DNA from: Malacoraja senta
Lineage: Eukaryota
DNA: 64,000 nucleotides
Direction of reading: 5' to 3'
NCBI GenBank assembly: GCA_038087875.1
Contig: CM075995.1
Location: 10,170,001 to 10,234,000, forward strand
Shown here: one piece after another, positions 1 to 12,290 of the stretch
Layout of the letters: the number at the start of each line of letters is the position of its first letter
How positions within the stretch are numbered: the stretch's first letter is position 1
Program-made: the position numbers and the translations under genes
Notes under the pieces: generated by a model
The model's input: the letters and a program-made list of their open reading frames with translations, nothing else
What the model was told of the DNA's origin: nothing
The model's database searches: none

Positions 1-1200
1 AGATTTTCAGAAAACCTTTGATAAGGTGCCACACGTGAGGTTGCTAAGTAAGATGAGAGCCCATGGTATCAAAGGGCAGATACTAGCATGGATATCAGGT
101 TGGCTGGATGGCAGAAGGAAAAGAGTGGCAATAAAGGGGGCTTTTTCTGGTTGGCTGCCAGTGACTAGCAGAGTTCCGCAGGGCTAAGTGCTGGGGCCAC
201 TGCTCTTCACGTTGTAACTTAATGATTTGGACGGGGTGGTTGAAGGCTTTGTGGCCAAGTTTGCGGATTATATGAAAATAGGTGAAGGAGCAGGTAGTGC
301 AGAGAAAGCAGGAACACTACAGAAGGACTTGGACAGGTTGGGAGAGTGGGCAGAGAAGTGGCAGATGAAATATAGTGTCGCAAAGTGTGGAGTCATGTAT
401 TTTGGTAGTAGGAATAAAGGCACAGATTATTTTCTAAATGGGGAGCGAATCGAGAAATCGGAGATACAAAGTGACTTGGGAGTGCTGGTGCAGGATTCCC
501 AAAAAGTTAATCTGCAAGTCGAATCGGTAGTAAAGAAAGCAAACAAAGTGATAGCATTTATTTCGAGAGGATGTGTACAAAAACAGGGATGTAATGCTGA
601 GGCTCTATAAGGCACTGGTAAGGCAGCATTTGGAATTTTGTGAGCAATTCTGGACACCATATCTGAGTAAGCATGTGGTGGCTCTGTAGAGGGTCCAGAG
701 GAGGTTTACAAAAATGATCCCAAGAATGAGTCGGTTAACATATGGTGAGCATTTGACGGCACTGGGCCGGTACTCGCTGGAGTTTAGAAGAATGAGGGGG
801 GACTTCATTGAAACGTGCAGAATAGTGAAAGGCTTGGATAGAGTGGATATGGAGAGGGTGTTTCCACTAGTGGGAGAGTCTAGGACTAGATGTCATAGCC
901 TCAGAATTAAAGGACGTTCTTTTAGAAAGGAGATGAGGAGGAATTTCTTCAGACAGAGCGTGGTGAATTTGTGGATTTTTTTGCCACTGAAGGCTGTGGA
1001 GGCCAAGTCAGTAGATATATTGAAGGCAGAGATAGAAAGATTCTTGATTAGTACGGGTGCCAGAGGTTGTGGGGAGAAGGCAGGAGAATGGGGTTAGGAG
1101 GGAGAGATAGATCAGCCATGATTGAATGGCGGAGTAGACTTGTTGGGCCGATTGGCCTAATTCTGCTCCTATCACATTATCTTATGATATGATCTTATGA
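1..1200 (+). mobile_element. CR1-clade LINE, 3' part (degenerate RT and C-terminus, 3' UTR)
   Basis: Translations show CR1 ORF2 motifs (AKFAD, LQKDLDRLGEWAEKWQM, GESRTR.HSLRIKG, RRNFF.Q.VVNLW) split by frameshifts, and the element ends in a short CTTATGAT repeat tail. Confidence 0.9.
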
Positions 1201-1214
1201 AAAGTTGTCGCTTA

Positions 1215-1725
1215 AAAGATTACTATTAAGTCTTTCCCCTCTCACCTTAAACCTATATCCTCCTGTTCTTTATTCCCTTACCCTGGGCAAAAGACCCTGA
1301 GCATTCACCCTACTTATTCGCTTCATAATTTTATACACCTCTATAAGATCACCCCTCAACCAGCTGTTCTCCAAGGAATAAAGTCCTAGCCTGCTCAACC
1401 TCTCCCAATAGCTTAGGCACTCGAGTCCTGGCAACATCCTTGCAAATCTTTCCGCACTCTCCAATTTAACGGCACCTTTGATATAGCAGGGTGACCAAAA
1501 GTGTATATAATACTCCGTGCTGCCTCACCAACATCCTGTACAACTATAACATAATATCCCGCGAGTCTTGGCAACATTCTTGTACATCTTCTCGGCAATC
1601 TTTCCAGCTTAATGTTGTCTATCCTATAGCAGGGTGAACACAATGAACACAATATTGAAAGTGTGGCTTTACCAACCTCTTGTACAACTGTAACATAACA
1701 TCCCAACTTCAATACTCAATGCTTT
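1215..1725 (-). mobile_element. Degenerate CR1 LINE fragments
   Basis: Minus-strand ORFs with RMLPGLECLSYWERLSRLGLYSLE...LRGDLIEVYKIM. Confidence 0.8.
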
Positions 1726-2744
1726 TACGGATCATTACCCTATCTTCCTGTGGTGCCAGATCTCTCTAATATTTGAAACTTATGTCAAGAAGGTACAAAA
1801 GGAGAGGGATTTCTCACTGGCAGCCAGATCAATGACAAGAGATTTAATTGGATCTAAGCCCAGTGGTCAGAAGAGAGAATATGTCAATGCTGTGAGACTG
1901 GAATGCGAGGCTGGATGGATGCATGGGACACATTCAGTAGCATTTTTCAAAGATGCATTAGACTGATCGTAGGAAATATGCAGATTGTGAGAAAGAGCAG
2001 GGCAGTGGAGCCAGAGCACAGCTCTTTCAGAGAGATGGCACAGACACAATGATAGAAGCATCTCCTTCAGTATTGTAAGGTTCCTGTGTATGTCCTTGCA
2101 ATGCCCTCAACATATCAATGGCTGTTGACAGTGGGGGATCTAATTTTGCTGACAGAAGCCAGATCGACTCTAACAAAGGTTGTGTACTTGGATTTTGCAC
2201 TGTTATGGTCTGGTTAACTAGTATTACTGATTACTACTTTATTGATGATTGTATATTTATTTATTTTGTTGTATTGTGTTAACGGGCCTGTAAAACTACA
2301 GTAAGATTTTCATTGTTCCATTACTGATAACATAGGACAATCAAACACTCGCAGCTCTTAACTCTCAGGAAGGAGAGGGAGAGTGAGGATCTGAGGGCAG
2401 GCGCAGGGCTGCTGTAGGCCAGGAGGCTGGTAGTGAGGAGGACTGAGGCACAGCGGGGAGCCTGGACACTCTCATACCCGGCAACACACTGGGGGGGGGG
2501 AGAGAGAGAGAGAGAGAGGGAGGGAGAGAGAGAGAGAGAGGGCAAGGTAAGACCTCTGAGCCAAATTAGGCAAGTCCCTGGTTGTATAGGCGGCAGCCAT
2601 GGACACGTGGCTTCATCCTAACTTCCTCTCGCACTACACTCACCTCTCGCAACTTTTCAGCACTGACTTCCCTCACTTTCTCTTCCCACTCATTGTCCCT
2701 TGCTCTTGGAGCCTGAAGCACTCAGCACGGGAGATGCACATTAC

Positions 2745-2858
2745 CTTCTGTGGTTTCACTGCTTTCAACTTGGGTTAACTGACGATCAAACTTTGCCTTC
2801 TCATTTTTGGGCTTGTTGCGTCCGGAAGTGGTGGGATTGTGGGTGCGTGTTCCCACAT
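2745..2858 (-). CDS. Internal coding exon (114 nt, phase 1/1) of a minus-strand gene; IQANK1 candidate by synteny only
   Basis: Acceptor TTTCTTTATCCCTTAG and donor GAAG|GTAATG flank an open frame (D)VGTRTHNPTTSGRNKPKNEKAKFDRQLTQVESSETTE. The phase matches the exon at 6563-6671, and the sequence is non-repetitive. Confidence 0.65.
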
Positions 2859-3117
2859 CTAAGGGATAAAGAAACACCAGAGAAGTAAATGAGTTAATGA
2901 AGACAGAATGTGTAGAAAGGAACTGCAGATGCTGGTTTACACCGAAGAGAGACACAAAATTCTGGAGTAACTCAGCTGGAGAGAAGGAATGGGTGCTGTT
3001 TTGGGTCGAGATTCGGAATGGGTGACATTTCGGGTCAGGACTACACATGCTGGAAAGTTGAAACAAAACAGAAAATGCTGGAAGTACTCGGCAGGTCAGG
3101 CAGCATCTGCAGAGAGA

Positions 3118-3118
3118 G

Positions 3119-3169
<51 letters not shown>
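3118..3169. repeat. (AAGT)n microsatellite, probably the 3' tail of a minus-strand retroelement
   Basis: About 13 perfect AAGT units seen directly. Confidence 0.9.
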
Positions 3170-3170
<1 letters not shown>

Positions 3171-4949
3171 TTATTGGCCAAGTAATCACATACAAGGAAT
3201 TTGCCTTGGTGCTCTGCCCACAAGTAACAACATGACATACAGTGACAGTTACGAATGACTCAGAAAACACTAAACACCAATAATAATTAAACATTAATGA
3301 TAAAACACCATTGATCAAGCATGTGAACCAACAAAATACCAGATCAAAGGGAGGCCAATGTTTCAGGATGAGGAGACTCTAACCTGAAACAATTAACTCT
3401 GTTTTTTCCTTCAACTGATGCTACCTGACCTGCCGAGTATTTTCTGTTTTTATTCGAAGTGGGTGACATTTCGGGTCAGGACCTTTCTTCAGTCTGATAG
3501 ACATATGGATATGCAGGGAATGGAGGGATATGGGTCATGTGCAGCCAGAGGAGATTAGTTTAACAGCATCGTGATTGGCATTGACCTTGTGGGCCTGTTC
3601 CTGTGCTGTACTGTTCTATGTTCTAACAGGACAGTAACAGGCCCTTCGGCTCAGATGACAAATTAAACAAATCCTTTCTGTCCAGATATGGTCTGCATCC
3701 ATCTGTTCCCTGCCTGTTCATGCATCTGTTTTTTTTTTGTCAGATGATCAATCCTCAAGAAACAGCAGCCTCCACACTGTACTGTCATTTTGTTTAATCA
3801 ATGGTTAAACGGCACTTTATCAAAAGCTTCTCTGCACAAGGACACGAGGACTCTGTGTCCATCTTTTCCACCTTTCACCATTTCTATTTATTTCACTTAG
3901 AATCAGTTTATCTGTGCATGCCTGGACATTGTCCTGCCACAAGCGGTCAGAAGAGAAGGGGTGAGGGGGATGTGCCAGTGGACTGTGGGGAGCGGTGTGG
4001 GCTTGCCATGAACCCCAGCATCCTCAGTCTAATACAGTAACCTTCCTGCTTTGTGTAGTGACAGCACAGCCTGCTGTGGATCCATCACTGGCTAGCACTC
4101 TGGCCTGTGCACTGGGTGTATATGTTCATGCTACCTCTGGTTATCACCTATCTTCTCATTCCTTTCTCTCAGAGATAGACACAAAATGTGAGACAGTAAC
4201 TCAGTGGGACAGGCAGATCAAGGAATGGCTCCCCACTGACAGATCCCTTCACTTCCAGCCACAACAAGGGACAGTTTGTTCCGGGGCCCACCAACGGTGA
4301 AGGTGAAGGTGGATGGTATTGACATGGACCAAGCTGCATTGAGCTGTGTGACCTCACTCGCCCTCTGGGGTCTCTTGCCTCCCTGTGAACAACACCACAT
4401 CTCCATTATTTGCAGACATTTAAACTATCTTTATACTTGGTGGAGCTCAATGGCATCAGCCACTCTCTCAAAGAACTTGCACAGTAACTACAGTGAGTAC
4501 CTACACCCACTGATCTGGATCTTGAATAGTCAAAGCCCTTTGCAACTTTTGCACTGAGAGGGTAGTCTGTACTTGGAACGAGCTGCCAGAGGAAGCTGCA
4601 GAAGCAGACACAATTATGACTTTCAAAACACATTTGGAAAGATGTCTGGATAGGAAGGCTACTTCCCTCCCCCCTCCCTTTGGGGGGGGGGACTTCACAG
4701 ATTGCCCATAAGTCTCTTTGCACATCCAAAACCTGATTGGTATTGGTTAATTATTGTCACACGTACTGATTAACGGTGAAAAAGATCTGTTTGTGTATTA
4801 TCCAGTCAGATCATATTATCCATGAGTACCATCAGGTCAAACACAAGGTGCTGTAAAGAGAAAAATACCAGAGTACATAATTTACAGTTACAGAGAAAAG
4901 GTGCAAGGTCCGCAATAAGGTAGGTTGGAAGATTGCAACTACGCCTTGA

Positions 4950-5620
4950 CTTATTCAGATTCAGATTCAGATTCAGATTATTTAATGACCACACAGTCAA
5001 GCTGGTGGAATTCATGTTCAGTGCAGGATATTACACAATAGGCTGATACCTGTCAAACATAACATAAAACACAACAACATACAGTATACAGTACATGCAC
5101 GAGGTGGCTATGTGATGTTGTCATAGAGTGTTCAGAGTTCGAATTGCATATGGGTAGAAACTGTTTTTAAATCGTGATGTTTTGGCGGGCAGTGAGCTGT
5201 AGCGCCTTCCTGACGGCAACAGGTGGAAGATGTGGTGAGCTGGGTGGGAGGGATCAGAAATGATTTTCTTCACCCTTGACACGGACCGTTTGAGATTGAG
5301 TGATTCTATTGATGGGAGGGGAGTGCTGATGATTTTGGATGCTTTGTTGACAATGCGCTGTAGTTTATTACGGGAGTGAGTGTCTAAGCTGCTGTACCAA
5401 ACTGTTATTGATGAAGTGAGCATGCTTTGGATGATGGCTGTGTAAAATCGGATTAGGAGATGTTTCCTCACTCTGAACTTCTTGAGCTGACGGAGAAAGA
5501 AAAGTTTTTGGTTGACTTTTTTATAAATGTGATCTGAATTGATTTTCCATTTTAGGTTATTGCTTATGTGAGTGCCAAGAAATTTGAATGAGTCAGTGGT
5601 GGATATGGGTTCGCCAGTAA
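4950..5620 (-). mobile_element. Rex1/Babar-type LINE, 3' fragment
   Basis: ORF 5121-5471 has FYTAIIQSMLTSSITVWY...LQRIV...DPSHPAHHIFHLLPSGRRY...RFKNSFYP, and there is a (TGAATC)n tail at about 4954-4979. Confidence 0.85.
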
Positions 5621-6562
5621 CCCATATCCATTATGGACATTCAACAGCCTGATAACAGTGTTGAATGAGCTATTCTTCAATCTGTTGCTATGTTTTCAAG
5701 CTATTGTATCTAGAACCCAGCGGGGAGTGGAGAAGAGGGAATGACTGCAATGATGTACTCATGTATCATATGATCTACCTGGATAGCACACAAAATAAAG
5801 CTGAATCTCAGTACACATGACAATAATAAACCAGTACAATACCTGGGACCTCCACTTTTAGATACCTTGTGCTGAAGGGAAAGATTTCCTTCTATCTAGC
5901 TTATCTATGCCCCTTCATGGTTCAGCATATCTCTCTCTTTGATCCACCATCAGTGTCTTCCCCATCTGGGAAAACAAATCCAGCTTCCAGTCTCTCCTCA
6001 TCAGTTTAAACTTTAAAAAAGATGCCCGGGCAAGTTTTCCTGAGGGTGGTGAGTGCTGGAATGTGCTGCAGGGGGTGGAGGTTGAAGCAGATACGTTAGT
6101 GGCATTTAAAAGTGACTTTTAGAGAGGCACATGGATATGCAGGGACTGGATGGATATGGGTCATGTGCAGGTAGACAAGCGATGTTCTTGACATTGTGTT
6201 CAGCATAGACATTGTGGGCTGAATGGCCTGTTCTTGTGCTGTACTGACTATGTATAACAGACACCGTTCGAGGCATAATCCTGGTGAATCTCCTCTCACA
6301 CTCTCAGGCACGATCATCAGACCTGACCCGAAACAGCAACTCTGTTTCTGTCTCCACAGGTGCTAAGGGTTTATTGAAGCAGAGTTTGCTTTATAAACGG
6401 GGTGTCTGCTGAGTGCAAGTTGTACAACACGTTACAACAACACTTCAAACTTTGGAGTCAGGGCTGATGGGCGAGGTCAGTGGCTTAGTGACAACCCCCT
6501 CTGACCACTCCCTCCTCCATCTTTGTGCGCTTGGCATCTGAGGGGGCAGATAGTTTACATAC

Positions 6563-6671
6563 CTTTCCTAGCTGGCTGATTGGACTTTTTGGTCGACTTT
6601 CCAGATCCTGATTTGGATTTACGGCTGGACATGGTGTTAACAACATCAGGGAATCGGTTTAAGGCACATCT
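6563..6671 (-). CDS. 5' coding exon of the same minus-strand gene (ATG at 6632: MSSRKSKSGSGKSTKKSNQPARK)
   Basis: Acceptor CTCTCTCTTTCAG, ACCATG Kozak context and donor AAAG|GTATGT. The 70 nt from ATG to donor give phase 1, which joins exon 2745-2858 in frame. The 39 nt upstream of the ATG are also open. Confidence 0.65.
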
Positions 6672-7344
6672 CTGAAAGAGAGAGCATGTGTCTGGTTAGT
6701 CAAAATGGCTGTGCAGTGTCCAAGTGCAGGTGGTGATCTCTGTGGAGAGGGATAATGCTGGCTGTTGCAATATTAACATTGCCCAGGAGCGGTTACTGAA
6801 CAATGGCATCAGCAATCCCAGAACATCCCTGTAACTCCAGACTGCCGTCAGCACCCACCCCCAGCACAAAGGCCAGAGCACACGGGGAAGGGGCAGAGCA
6901 AACGTGAGGGTGAAGGAGAGTGCATAGGGGGAGATACAGTTCAGTCGGGTCAACAGGGTGGCTGAAGGGAGTCTGTGGGGAGCAATGGAGAGGAACGGGT
7001 AGGGAGCATGGTGCAAGGGGAGGGGGTGTGAAGAGGTGAGGGAGTGGTGCGGTTAGAAAAGTTGAGGGAGGGCTGGAGGGGAGAGCAAGTGAATGAAGGG
7101 GGAGAGGAGAACGTGGTGAGGTAGCAGGTGTAGAAGAGTGTGAGTAGGAGGGGATAAGGGAGGAGTGAGAGTAGTGTGAGGAGCAGATGGTGCTTGAGGG
7201 AGGGGGAGTGAGGAGAGGAGGGTGAGGAGGGGAGGTGGGGGTGATGGTAGAGAAGACGGAAATGGGGGTGAGAGGTGGTGAAGAGAAGGGGGAGGGGGGA
7301 AAGGAGGGTGAGGGGGAAGGATGAGGGGGGAGGTTGGGGGCGCT

Positions 7345-7445
7345 CCGCACCATCGCCGCTGTCAACCGTCTCCAGGCAACCGCTGCACCGGAAATCCCGC
7401 CGCCCGAGAGCGGGCAGCCCGAACCGCCTGCGTCTACTTCCGGTC
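7345..7445 (-). promoter_or_regulatory. CpG-rich promoter and putative first exon with an RFX X-box and two ETS-type sites
   Basis: X-box GTCTCCAGGCAAC at 7368-7380, CCGGAAAT at 7388-7395, ACTTCCGG at 7436-7443 and a local CpG cluster. A possible minus-strand donor GATG|GTGCGG lies at 7351/7350. Confidence 0.6.
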
Positions 7446-7449
7446 AGCG

Positions 7450-7790
7450 ATTCCCCCCCCCCCCCCCCCGGTGTAGAGAACCCATCCTTCGTGGCAGAGA
7501 AAACCCTCCCCCCACCACCGAGTATAGAACCCCCCCCCCTCCTGGGTAGAAACCCCACCCGGTACACCCCCCCCTCGGATAGAGAATCACCCCCCTGGTA
7601 GAGAACCCCCTCCCCCCACCCCCTGGATCGAGAACCCCCCCCCCAGGTAGAGAACCCCCCCCCCCCCAGGGAGAGAAACTACCCCCCCCCCCTCCGGTAG
7701 TCAGAGAGACCCCTCCCACCGGGGAGAAAGGGGAGTGGAAGTTCCACGTAGGGAGGGAGGGAGGGAGAAGGGAGGGGGGGGGGGGTGGTC
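7450..7790. repeat. Imperfect ~22-bp tandem repeat (GGTAGAGAA plus C-run)
   Basis: Repeated GGTAGAGAACCCCCC units seen directly. Confidence 0.8.
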
Positions 7791-8282
7791 AGTGGTCCCA
7801 CATACAGTAATTCCAGAGGATGGGATTTGTATTCCATGGAGCATAAATGGCATGGATCTGAAGGATTGAATGGAAATAGTGAACACTGCAAAGCCAGCAG
7901 GCTCGGCAACATCAATGCTTCAGCTGTGGACACTTCACTGCTGCCAGAGTGAAGAATGCAAGTATCGGTTGATTGTTCTCACATTTACTAAGATACAGTA
8001 CAAATCTTTGTGTGCTATTTAGTCAAATCATATTGTTATAGAGTCATACAGCATGGAAACGCCCTTCGGCCCAACTCCTCCATGCCAATCAATATGTCCC
8101 CTCTTGTCTTTACAAACTGCCTAGAGCATCAGAGATGGGATGTTGTGTTGCAGCTGCACAAATCAAGAACTGCACTTTGAGTGTCGTGGACAGTAGGGAT
8201 TGCCACATTACATGAGGGATGTGGTCACGATAGAAAAAGTGAAGAAGGAATTCTCCAGGATGTTTTCTGGAATAGAGTGCTT

Positions 8283-8567
8283 CAGTTTAGAGTTCAGAAA
8301 TACAGCGTGGAAATAACTCCTTTGACCCACAGAGTTCACGCCGGCCATCGATCTGTGCTATGCTATGTCTATTTCATACCCCACACACTAGGTGCACATT
8401 ACAGGTTAATTAACCTACAAACCTACACATCTTTGGAATGTGGGAAGAAACCAGGGCATCCAGAGGAAGACCATGTGTTCACAGGGAGAACACGCAACAG
8501 CCGAGGTCAGGATTGAATCCGAGTGTGTGGTGCTGAGGCAGCAGCGCTATTGCTGCACCACTGTGCC
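8283..8567 (-). mobile_element. V-SINE (HE1-like tRNA-derived SINE), degenerate
   Basis: Reverse complement shows a GGCACAGTGGTGCAGC tRNA-like head, a V-domain-like GTGTTCTCCCTGTG and an (ACTAA)-type tail; it resembles the other copies in the window. Confidence 0.7.
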
Positions 8568-9249
8568 ATCGTTACAAGGAGAGATTGGGTAGGCTGGGTA
8601 TATTCTGTGTGGCGACCATATGGCGGTGTTTTTTCCAGGGCAGGGGAGACTGGAACTAAAAATTGAAAACCAAGCTGTGTCAGAGTCCAGTCTTGTCGTA
8701 TTTATTATATCATTACCATGTATACTGCATGCTCTCAGCTTCATGCAAACTAGGAACTTCATTACACCCTGGTTTATATGACAATCTGAATCCATTCCCC
8801 TGGGTACAGGAGTCTAAAACTCTGGGGCATGGGTTTAAGGTGAGAGGGAAAAGATTTAATAATGACCTGAGGGACAATATTTTCACACGTGGGTATATGG
8901 AACAAGCTGCCAGAGGAGGTAGTTGAGGCAGGTACAATAACATTGTCAAGACATTTGCACAGGTACAAGGATAGAAAGGTTTGGGGGGAGCTGGAGCAGT
9001 CAGTCACTAGAACAAGCAGATAGACAGCTGGTTTGGCATGGTCGAGTGGGGCGGAAAGGCTGTGTCACGCCACGACCATGTGCTTCACACCTGCGGTTGT
9101 GTGTAGTGGAGGTTTAGTCACTGCATGGAAACAAGCCCTTCAGCGCACCAAGTCCATGCTGACCATCGATCACACTTGCTCTATCAGATTTCACCATCTA
9201 TACCAACACTTTACCTACACACTAGAGGCAATTTACAATTAACCAACAA

Positions 9250-10110
9250 ACAATACGATACAATAGAAATTTATCATCCCAGTAGGTAAATTGATCTGCC
9301 AACAGGCATAAAAACACAAAATACATGAAACATGAAATACAAAATACGTGAAGTTAAAGTGATGAGTGGAAAGGATTGGGGATGTGCAAAGATTGGGGAG
9401 GGAGGGGTCTGTCTCAGAGTCTACCCCACGGCAGAAGGGGGAGGAGTTGTGCAGCTGGCAACGGTGCTGCTGCTGGACAAGGAAGGTCGAGTGTCCTTTT
9501 GGAGAGCAACTATTTGGAGAGAGCCTTGATGCCTCTGTTCGACCCTCGCAGGTTGGAATCTGGGTCGGCGGAGCGGCCTAAGGAGCCCGCAGCTGAGGCC
9601 CATGGGCGACAGCGGTGAGGCCTTGGTGGCCGCATTGGCGGCGAGGTCGATGAGAGTGTGGAGGCGGGGAGGGGAGAACAATGGAGAATCCGGCGTGGGG
9701 GATGACAAAAGGGGGAGCCGGTGTGTTTTGTCACTTTGTCAGCATCGTAGGTGGCTGCTATTTGTATACATTGTGTATGCAAGCAAAGAATCTCACTGCT
9801 TAGTCACATGTGACAATAAAGTATTCCTATTCCTACAGTTTGATAGCCACATGGAAGAAGGATCTCCTGTGGCGTTCTGTGCTGCATCTTGGTGGAACCA
9901 GTCTGTTGCTGAAGGTACTCCTCAGGTTGACCAGTGTGTCATGGAGGGGGTGAGCTGTGTTTTCCAAGATGCTCCGCAGGTTGAGGAGCATCCTCTCCTG
10001 CAAGACAACCTCCCATGAAACCAACTCTGCCCCCAGGATGGAGCCAGCCTTCTTGATCCTATTGGAGTCTGCAGCCTTCGTCCTGCTGACCCAGCACACA
10101 GCAGCGAAGA
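9250..10110 (-). mobile_element. Rex1/Babar-type LINE 3' fragment interrupted by a ~380-bp insertion (about 9450-9833)
   Basis: Encodes IKKAGSILG...HPLHDTLV...RCSTERHRRSFF. The 3' UTR matches the uninterrupted copy at about 40940-41160. Confidence 0.7.
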
Positions 10111-10654
10111 AATGCATATCTTTGGGAGAACATGCAATCTCCACACAGAAAACACCAGAGATTAGGATAGAATCCCAGTCTTTTGCCTTGTGATGTAGCC
10201 GCTCTACCAGCTGTGTCACTGTGCTCCCCCAAAAGGTCCTGAATCAAGCTCTGTTTGGTTACTGCCCACCACAGCCCAGCCTAAAGCCCAGTGCCCAGCC
10301 CAGCCCCCAGCCTAGAACCCAGTGCCCATCTCATCCCACAGCCCAGCCTAGAACCCAGTGCCCATCCCAACCTAGAACCCAGTGCCCAGCCCAGCCCACC
10401 ATCCCATATCTGTGCATGGGCAGGCTCCCTCCCATGTCCACACTATCCCATCCATGGTGCAGCCAAACAGAAGGTAATGATTTGCCAATGTGGGAGCTCA
10501 GGAGCCCATCTCTCACTGAAAGACTAAGATCAGCACCAGAGACACAAGGAATGGCAAACGCTAGAATCTGAAGCAAAGCATAAAGTGCTGGAGGAACTCA
10601 GTGGGTCAGGCAGCACTGAGTTAACCTCGTATTAGTTCACGGAATAAACTCATA

Positions 10655-11131
10655 TTGGTTCACGAGGTTAATTCCCGAGATGGCGGGGCTGTCATATGTG
10701 GATAGAATGGAGCGGCTGGGCTTGTACACTCTGGAATATAGAAGGATGAGAGTGGATCTTATTGAAACATACAAGATTATTAAGGGATTAGACATGCTAG
10801 AGGCAGGAAACATGTTCCCGATGTTGGGGGAGTCCAGAACCAGGGGCCACAGTTTAAGAATAAGGGGTAAGCCATTTAGAATGGAGATGAGAAAAACTTT
10901 TTCACCCAGAGAGTTGTGAATCTGTGGAATTCTCTGCCTCAGAAGGCAGTGGAGACCAATTCTCTGGATGCTTTCAAGAGAGAGTTAGATAGAGCTATTA
11001 AAGATAGCAGAGTCAAGGGATATGGGAGAAGGCAGGAACGGGGTACAGAATGAGGATGATCAGCCATGATCACAGTGAATGGCGGTGCTGGCTCGAAGGG
11101 CCAAATGGCCTACTCCTGCACCTATTGTCTA
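10655..11131 (+). mobile_element. CR1 LINE 3' fragment
   Basis: Encodes GLSYVDRMERLGLYTLE...MFPMLGESRTRGHSLRIRG and has the conserved CR1 3' end GAAGGGCC.AATGGCCTACTCCTGCACCTATTGTCTAT. Confidence 0.9.
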
Positions 11132-11139
11132 TAGGGAAG

Positions 11140-11620
11140 AAATGGACACAGCGTTTCCGGTCAGGACCCTTCTTCAGACTGATGGTGTAGGGGGGGGGGG
11201 GGAGAAAGGTGGAAAGAGGTGAGGGCAGGACAAAGCCTGGCAAGTGACAGGTGGAGGGGGTGATTGGTGGAGTAAGTGACAGCGGCTGGAGGTGAAAAAG
11301 TGACGCGAGAAGTGGAATGTAAAGCTTGAGGGAGGGTTGTGGGTGGAAGGGGTTGGGGAGGGGGGTGAAAGGGAAGTGAGGAGTTGGGATGGGAGATGAG
11401 TGTAGAGGGGGGGATGAGGAGTGTGACTGGGATAGTGGGAGATGGTGGAAGGACTGGGAGTGTATTGAGTGAGGGTGGGGAAAGACGGTGCGGGCATATT
11501 GGTTGAAATTGGAGAATTCAATGTTCACACATTTGGGTTGTACCGCCCACATGAGGTGCTGCTCCGCTAGTTTGTGTGCGGCCTCACTCACTGGCAATGG
11601 AAGAGGAGGACTGACTGGCG
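11140..11620 (-). mobile_element. Penelope-like element remnant (GIY-YIG C-terminus and terminal repeat)
   Basis: EAAHKLAEQHLM..VQPKCVNIEFSNF resembles the PLE endonuclease C-terminus. It is followed by a pyrimidine-rich UTR and the CTGAAGAAGGGTC..GAAAC terminal motif. Confidence 0.65.
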
Positions 11621-12089
11621 TGAGGAACGTGAGTGAAAGGCACTATGGCTTTAAGGAGGGGTCTACAAGAGGAAAGGCAGCTACATGCCATTCTCCTGTA
11701 CAACCCATCCCTCCCCCAGCCTGCTGCATTCCAACAGGTCATGGCACAGCAGTGATGAGTAAGCTTCACGCCTCTGCTGGCTGGGGCCACACCCATGACC
11801 TGCTGGAATGCAGGCTGGGGAGGGATGGGTTGTACAGGAGAATGTAATGTAGCTGCCGAGAAGGGTTTCGGCCCGAAACGTTGCCTATTTCCTTCGCTCC
11901 ATAGATGCTGCTGCACCCGCTGAGTTTCTCCAGCATTTTTGTGTACCCACACCCATGACAACTGGTTCGACAGGATCACCAGAAACCCGCTGGGCTCTGC
12001 CTTGCGTTCTCCCGCAGTCGCTTATGTGCCCCATTGTGGACCCCTGTACATTAGCCATCCAACTGTAGACCAGGCGACTGGATCTCCTG

Positions 12090-12290
12090 GTTAATACCAT
12101 TTTAACCTCCCTCTCACATTCCGATACCGACCTCTCTGTTCTGGGGCCTCCTTAATTGCCAGAGAGGGGCCTCACGCAAACTGGTGGAACAGCATCTTAT
12201 ATTCGGAAGATAGACACAATCTTATATTCCACTCGGATAGCTTACAGCACAATGGTATGAACATTGAAATCTCCAATTTTAGGCAACACG
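12090..12290 (+). mobile_element. Penelope-like element remnant (GIY-YIG region)
   Basis: Degenerate translation resembling HFN...SH..LSV.GL...RKLVEQHLIF...LQ..GMNIEISNFR. Confidence 0.6.
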
